A stretch of DNA of 64,000 bases from assembly GCF_003918875.1 (NCBI RefSeq), contig NW_025766892.1, positions 620,001 to 684,000 on the forward strand, given 5' to 3'. Under the pieces are notes generated by a model. It did not search any database. It was given only the letters and a program-made list of their open reading frames with translations, and was not told the origin of the DNA. Below are positions 57,001 through 64,000 of the stretch, piece by piece. Position 1 is the stretch's first letter. The number at the start of each line of letters is the position of its first letter. The DNA comes from Haliotis rubra (taxonomy: Eukaryota). The position numbers and the translations under genes are program-made.

Positions 57001-60000
57001 AGACTCACTAGTGTAAATATAGTTACTTACTACCGGCAACTGCTCAAAACTACATCCCACATGGGCACAATGTGTTAAGCCCATTTCTGGTGTCCCCCGC
57101 CGTGATATTGCTGGAATATTGCTAAAAGCAGCGTAAAACTAAACTCAGTCAGTCAGTCTAAACTACATAAGCATATAGCATGAGTCAGGATAAGTATAAA
57201 ATATCAATTTCACCATAAAAATTACATTTTGCAAAATATACCATACTGTTTGAAGGTACTGTTTACACATGAACTGATGTATTGTAAAACAAATTCGTAA
57301 CGTTGAAAAGATTGTTGTTATGGGTTCAATAAATGATAAAAAGCAGTGAAAATTGGCGAATTCTTAACATAACTTTACACCAAAATGCAGCTGTTCACAT
57401 GCACGATATTTGCACTTGCTTTCAGCAATTCAATTCATGATCCTTGTACAATTCATCTGCATAAGGTTTGCAGTTGGTTCCCCTAAGAGTGTGGGGAATC
57501 TATCTTCGATGTAACCATATATATAAACATAACATATAGTGAGTGTTTTAGTGAGTCTAAAAGTTTGATGGAAAGTATATATTCACGTTTCTGTGTCTGT
57601 AGTGAGAGCTTACAAGAAGGAAATACAAATTCATATGCGTAGTTACTTCCCTTCTTTTTGACAATGGCCAGCTGTAGTCCTGTTGTGTGGCAGTTCATTC
57701 CAGTCCCAAAGTGGAGGGATTTGAGTTGAAGCTCACCTGAACAGATACTTCTCAACTTTAACTCTACTCTTAAATAATAATAAATGGCACCTGTGTGTTT
57801 GTTAGAAAACTGCAAGCTTTCCAAATTGTCTTAATATTTTAATTTTGATGCCAGTCCAAAATACAATTTGATTATCAGTGGCCTATGCAAAACTATAAAA
57901 ACTCAAATGTTCAAATCTCCATTTAGTTACACATGATACTCTTGAACAGAGGTATTAATGCTTTCCCATGTCCCTCAACATGTGATATCTTGTTTTCTAA
58001 CATAACTGACTACAACTGATAAGTTTAGGAAATATATGTTTTGAATGTGTTGAAACAACATTTGTATCGATCCAGTAGTTGACCATGTATGTTTGTTATT
58101 TCAGTTTACGCAGAGATTTCAACGAATCTCTTGCGAAGCAGAATGTGAAACTGTCCGTGAATGACTTTATCATCAAAGCTTCAGCTCTTGCTTGTCAGAA
58201 GGTTCCTGAGGCCAACTCTTCATGGCAAGACACTTTCATTAGGCAGTAAGTCAATATAGAAACTTGTCATATAACAGTGTTATTCACTGATAGTGAAACC
58301 CTCCCTCACAGGATGCTGGTGATATGACAGTGTTATCCTGCTGATATAGTAAAACCCTTCCCTCACAGGATGCTGGGGATATAACAGTGTTATCTCACTG
58401 ATAGTGAAACTCCTCCCTCACAGGATGCTGGTGATATGACAGTGTTATCCTGCTGATATAGTAAAACCCTTCCCTCACAGGATGCTGGGGATATAACAGT
58501 GTTATCTCACTGATAGTAAAACCCTTCCCTCACAGGATGCTGGGGATATAACAGTGTTATCTCACTGATAGTGAAACCCTCCCTCACAGGATGCTGGTGA
58601 TATGACAGTGTTATCTCACTGATAGTAAAACCCTTCCCTCACAGGATGCTAGGGATATAACAGTGTTATCTCACTGATAGTGAAACTCCTCCCTCACAGG
58701 ATGCTGGTGATATGACAGTGTTATCTCACTGATAGTGAAACCCTCCCTCACAGGATGCTGGGGATATAACAGTGTTATCTCACTGATAGTGAAACCCTCC
58801 CTCACAGGATGCTGGTGATATGACAGTGTTATCCTGCTGATATAGTAAAACCCTTCCCTCACAGGATGCTGGGGATATAACAGTGTTATCTCACTGATAG
58901 TGAAACCCTCCCTCACAGGATGCTGGTGATATGACAGTGTTATCCTGCTGATATAGTAAAACCCTTCCCTCACAGGATGCTGGGGATATAACAGTGTTAT
59001 CTCACTGATAGTGAAACCCTCCCTCACAGGATGCTGGTGATATGACAGTGTTATCCTGCTGATAGTAAAACCCTTCCCTCACAGGATGCTAGGGATATAA
59101 CAGTGTTATCTCACTGATAGTGAAACCCTTCCCTCACAGTGTTATCCTACTTGTAAAATATCTTATCAGGGATTCTGAAGTATCTTGATATGTGGAAAAG
59201 AAATTTAAGGTCATAGGATTTTTACTTGACCTTTGGCATTGTAATTTCAGTACATTTATTGAAGACAGGATCCTGACAGCATGAGTAATTTGATTGCATG
59301 TTTTGAGTATTTTTGTTGACAAAAAACTGAATTTCTGCCATTTCAGATACAATTCGGTTGATGTGAACATAGCAGTAGCAACAGACAATGGCTTGATAAC
59401 ACCAATAGTGTTTAGAGCTGATGTCAAGGTGAGAGTTCATATGCAGAAGTCATTCATTGTTTCAGAACTCGTATAAATCATGCGTGAACAAGTATGCACT
59501 CTATACTCTTTAAGGGACATTCAGTTTCTGATCTACTAGTCAGCTTTAGCGAAATGTTAAATATATATGTAGTACTTTCCTTGTGTTCCAGTGTCATGTA
59601 CTATTTGTTGTTGCAGAGTGTCACATGAGTGTTGATGTTATTGCAGGGTTTATCACAGATTTGTCAGGATGTGGCCGTATTAGCAGCTAAGGCGAGGGAG
59701 GGACGGCTTCAGCCACAGGAGTTTCAGGTATACAGTCGCATAGTAGCCAGTTGACCATTTCAAGGAGTGACCTTAGTGTTAGGATGTTTAAAACTACTAT
59801 ATTCCGACACAGACTTATGACAAATTTGGTGACAAGATCAATTTGTAGACATTGCCCCAGACAACAGTCTCTCATATCTCACATGTTTTTTTTGCATTGT
59901 TATGCAGATGTGGAATGTTTGTATAAATATTGAGACACATCCACATGTTTTCGAAATGGAAAGACTCAGCTTATGTGATTCAGGAAATCACATGTTTGAT

Positions 60001-61685
60001 TGTAATGTATTGATGTCAAACGTATTCTCTCGTGAACGTATGATTCATCTTTACAGCCAGCATTCTACAATCTTTATCTTGCTCAGCTGTTTAATTTGCC
60101 TCCTTAGGCCAGACCAGTTTTATTTCTTGTTTTACAGATTTTTGTCCTCAGAAAACCTAAAGGCAGGAGGGAAAAAACAATAAAATAAAATCACCAGTCA
60201 AACTAATATTCCTTCTAAATATTCAAAGTATGTTACTTTAGTCAATTTATGAAGTGTATATGGGGCGAAGAAACAATCTAAAAATAACATTTCTTGTATG
60301 TTTACATTTTTGGCATTAGGATTTGATTTTTTGAGCGGGGAAATTTAATTATTTTTTTTCTTTTCTTGTCCTTGAAAAAATACGACAGGCGATCCATAGA
60401 ACAAGAAATATAATTGGTCTGGCCTTACCAACATTTTGATTGACATGGATAAGGGAGATAAATCTTTGTACCTTACTGGCACATTTTGCTCTCTGATACA
60501 AGATTAATTATTCAAGGTTGCTGTAGGTATTCTGTTCATGTAAAATTACAAAGAATAGTGGTGAGTTTGCAACTTTTTGTGTATCTCTTTTTCCTTCTTT
60601 GTGAAATAATCAACTGGTGATAGGTTTTCTATGTTATATAAATCATTAGTTGTCATGTGTTGCATAACTGAAGGTTAATTTCTTCCATTGCAGGGCGGTA
60701 CTTTCACAATATCAAACTTAGGCATGTTCGGCATTAAACACTTTTCTGCTGTCATCAACCCTCCACAGGTATGTCACAGGTGTTGTATGTCACACAGGTG
60801 TATGACACAGGTCATACTTATGTGTCTGTCACATAAGTGGTCTGTCACAGCATCATATGCTCAGTCCTTTGGAGATTCACAAGATAAATATATCAATTAT
60901 CTTGCAGTAGTCATCTTTTCCCATTCTCCCCTACATATAGCAAATATTTCCAGTGAAATGATTGTGTAACAAAACAAAACTTGTGACCTTGATCAGTGTT
61001 GTACTTCAATGGAAATGATCAAACATGATGACTTCATGATATCTGTACAGATATGTCAGTTCATGGGCAGTGGCCTATTAATAATAATTGATACGTGTGA
61101 AGTGATGGAACGTTAAATGCGACGTGTATATGTCATTTCAGGCTTGTATATTAGCTGTTGGTGGAGCTGACAAAAAGATTGATTGTGGATGAAAACTCAG
61201 ACATGGGGTAAGTTCTGACTTTTTTCCACTGAGTCCCTTTGTGCAATATTGGTAGTTTCAGTGATAAACTTTCTGAAACACTGAATACATTACAAGGTCC
61301 ATTCTTCTTTCATATGGCACTGAACTCTCAAACATATTTTCAAGTATATTGTCAGAAAAATATGGAAGAAAATGTGGTTCAAATTATATGCTAGGCATTT
61401 ACTTCATGGATCATCACATACAGAATGTTGAAAACGAGGTATATAAGAAACAATAGACTTAGTTATGTCTGCTTCAGGTCAGAGACCTGAGATCACTATG
61501 ATGGTTAATAATGTGAAATAGAATTAATTTGTTCTTTTTTTGTGATGAATTTCAGGTACCGATCAGCAAACATGATGTCTGTGACTTTAAGCTGTGACCA
61601 TCGTGTCGTAGACGGAGCTGTGGGAGCACAGTGGTTGGCGGAGTTTCGGAAGCTGCTGGAACGCCCGGAGAACATGCTGTTATAG
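51032..61685 (+). CDS. DLAT: Dihydrolipoyllysine-residue acetyltransferase, E2 component of mitochondrial pyruvate dehydrogenase; 12 exons
   Basis: Exons 51032-51147 (Arg-rich transit peptide), 52088-52161, 52466-52689 (lipoyl domain [14 protein letters not shown]), 54614-54898 (Pro/Ala linker, RVFASPYAK), 56155-56292, 56778-56863 ([10 protein letters not shown]), 58105-58245 ([10 protein letters not shown]), 59347-59428 ([12 protein letters not shown]), 59647-59727, 60694-60768 ([13 protein letters not shown]), 61142-61207 (one extra A), 61556-61685 (catalytic DHRVVDG, TAG). Confidence 0.95.
52773..53787 (+). mobile_element. Tigger/pogo (Tc1-mariner superfamily) remnant in DLAT intron 3
   Basis: Right TIR ..TCCGGATTAACGAGGCTTCACTG followed by TA; subterminal TCCGGA repeats; DDE_1 fragment [22 protein letters not shown] at ~53236-53305. 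Confidence 0.8.
54068..54418. mobile_element. MITE with CAGGG..CCCTG termini
   Basis: Imperfect TIRs CAGGGATAGAAATAC and GTATTTCGAACCCTG. Confidence 0.55.
55117..56069 (+). mobile_element. Stack of four co-oriented SINEs (A, headless B, B, A) in DLAT intron 4
   Basis: Contiguous matches to families A and B; CATAGGGGCGGT repeated at 55539-55550 and 55891-55902. Confidence 0.85.
58270..59148. repeat. 54-57 bp minisatellite, ~16 units, in DLAT intron 7
   Basis: Units ATAACAGTGTTATCTCACTGATAGTGAAACCCTCCCTCACAGGATGCTGGTGAT and ATGACAGTGTTATCCTGCTGATATAGTAAAACCCTTCCCTCACAGGATGCTGGGGAT. Confidence 0.95.
60107..60424. mobile_element. Tourist/PIF-Harbinger-like MITE
   Basis: TIR GGCCAGACCA..TGGTCTGGCC flanked by TTA on both sides. 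Confidence 0.7.
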
Positions 61686-64000
61686 CACAACACAGACGTA
61701 GAGATCTGAACAAATTGTCTAAGTGCTAAATCGAAGAGAAACCAGCTGGCTCAAAAAGTGGTTGGATGCTTTACCTTGAGATCAGTGCATTTAATAACAG
61801 GGAATACCAGTTAGGCAGTAGAAAATGTTAGTTTATTTATTTTTAATCATTAGCAGGACCACATTCTGGGTAAAATTGTGATGCCATGTACAGTAGCAAC
61901 TGTTTGCCTAACTGAGAGAGTTGAGATTACACATGTACAGTAGCAACTGTTTGCCTAACTGAGAGAGTTGAGGTTACACATGACAAGGGTTATGACACCC
62001 AGTGACTTAAAGACTCACAGATAATACTACAGATCTGTGGTCATTATATAACTCAGCTTGACTAATTCGGTACACCAGTAAGCTGTGATGGCTGTGTATG
62101 TCACTGGGATTAATGCAAGAATGTATTAGAATGTATTAAGAATGTATTAGACCTCACTGTCGGCATCCACCACTATCTGGAGCCTGCTGTGGTTGTCCGA
62201 GATGTTTTCGTTACTGAGGTATAGATACAATGGATGGAGCACTCCACTGGGGTAGAGGTACGCCTTGTTAATGTTGTTTGTTATTGCTTTATGTCCTCTA
62301 TATGCTTGTTACTAACAACCTGTTTGAATCTGGTGTATACAATATGATTTCCCGGACTATTTTGCTGCATATAAAAGTCTGAAGGAAATTATGCAACTTT
62401 TTGTGGGCTTTCTTTCTTCTTTCCCAGTGATTTGTCGTACAGTTATGTGCCAAGTATGGATAGACATCTTTATTTTCATGGTCTTGCTGACCTAAGAAAT
62501 CTACATTGTCCCAGTGAAGCTTCAATACTCGACGCAACAGGGCGGCACCAGTTCGCAGATAACATTGTATACTGAGACTACTTTTGATAGCAATCCTGAT
62601 GTACCCCTCTCGTGTGAAGTATTGCTTTCATTGTCTACATCCTACTAATAGTTAAAGTAAACTACGTATTACTGATACTATCTACAATAATGTCAACCAG
62701 TCTCATTAAAATCAGATCTTTGTGGTTAAAGTGTTAGCTCGTCACGCCGAAGACCCAGGTTCGATTCCCTACATGGGTGCTATGTGTGAAGCCCATTTCT
62801 GGTGTCCCCGACGTGATACTGCTGGAATATTGCTAAAAGTGGCATAAAACCATACTCACTCACTCACTAAAGATGTGGGCCTCATCGTTACTACCAAGGT
62901 CTCCGTAACTCTCAGACATGGACCGCGATTCCCTACATAGTTACACTGTGTGAAGCCCATTTCTGGTGTCCCCTGCAGTGATATCGCAAAGGGATGAAGG
63001 AAGAGTAAACCATAATCATATCACTTATCTTTCTTTTGAAGGGGATTGAATTTAATTTAATGAGACTGTATTGACATCCCTCTCTATATGTAAACGACTT
63101 ACCATCAAAGCTTGAATACTCAGAAAAGTGCATTTAAGAGTTATGCATGAATTATAGCCTGTGTCTTACCTGGCAGCACGAAAGCCGACATGTGGCTGCT
63201 GTTGCAGGTGCTTGTTTCTGTTGTAGTCTGGAATGGCTGTAGTTATATAGCATAGCATGTTGGGCTGAATCCAGGAGTGCTCCATGATGTAGGATACAGG
63301 TGTTGAGTGATGTATCTGGACAGTCTGGTGGGATCTCACACTGACAACTACAGTACACTGGGTTATGTAACATGATGTGAGATTTAATTATGTGTACATT
63401 TAAATCAGAATTAAAATGTTTTAAGTATTGGAGTGAGTAGTATTATATCTGTGTATTATCTTCAGGGACTACGTTTGTTTAACGCAGCACTCAGCAGTAT
63501 TCCATCTATACAATCCAGTGATCAACAGCATGAGCATCAATCTACGCAATTGGGATAGAATGACGTGTCAACCAAGTCAGTAAGCCTGACCCTTAGTTGC
63601 AACCCATGTATGGGTTGCTGAAGACCAATTCTAACCCAGATCTTCATGTGTGGACTCCTTGCAGACAAGTTCTGCTGTAAATATGGTTTAATGAATATTT
63701 CATGTTTGTTTACATTATAGAATCATAGTAGAAATCGGATGACAGTATATCAAGATTATGGGGAAATTTTGCTAAGGCACAACAAATGTTTCAGGTAATC
63801 TGAAGCACCAATATTTAACGGATCTGCAGATGGTACAAAGAACTCCAGCTGATGTGTTTTTATGCCAAGGTAAAGATTCGGTTCCTCTTTCGGAGAACAT
63901 TTTTAGTGCGACCCATCTCTTGAAAACTACTGCATAGATTCTTTTCAAGCTTGAACTTTTTCTATACCACTAGCAGAAATCCAGCGCATAGGTTGATTGC

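Noticed and set aside
58270-59148. CRISPR-like array or repeat protein ORF (58671-59027)
   Set aside because: Spacerless intronic minisatellite; the ORF merely translates the repeat.

Overview
Eukaryotic, AT-rich, intron-containing genomic DNA from an invertebrate. The SINE types suggest a gastropod mollusc, possibly abalone (inference). Four conserved spliced genes can be rebuilt by hand from GT-AG exons: RDM1 (minus, 6 exons, 280 aa), VCPKMT/METTL21D (plus, head-to-head with RDM1, last exon not found), MORN2 (minus) and DLAT (plus, 12 exons, one lipoyl domain). There is also one unassigned 234-aa ORF with TATA, splice and polyA context. Repeats include a full-length degenerate Gypsy LTR retrotransposon (tRNA-Leu PBS, TTAG TSD) in the last RDM1 intron, a ~6.3-kb satellite in RDM1 intron 3, FLYWCH-MULE derivatives with 8-bp TSDs, a Tigger/pogo remnant, several MITEs, two minisatellites and three abundant SINE-like families. 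Four ~2-3 kb tandem duplications, each with indel-riddled copies, and a homopolymer frameshift in DLAT point to long-read or haplotype assembly artefacts. The best candidate for new biology is a SINE-like family with no tRNA head but a fixed, strongly base-paired, possibly pseudoknotted 5' end. No CRISPR array or prokaryotic system is supported.
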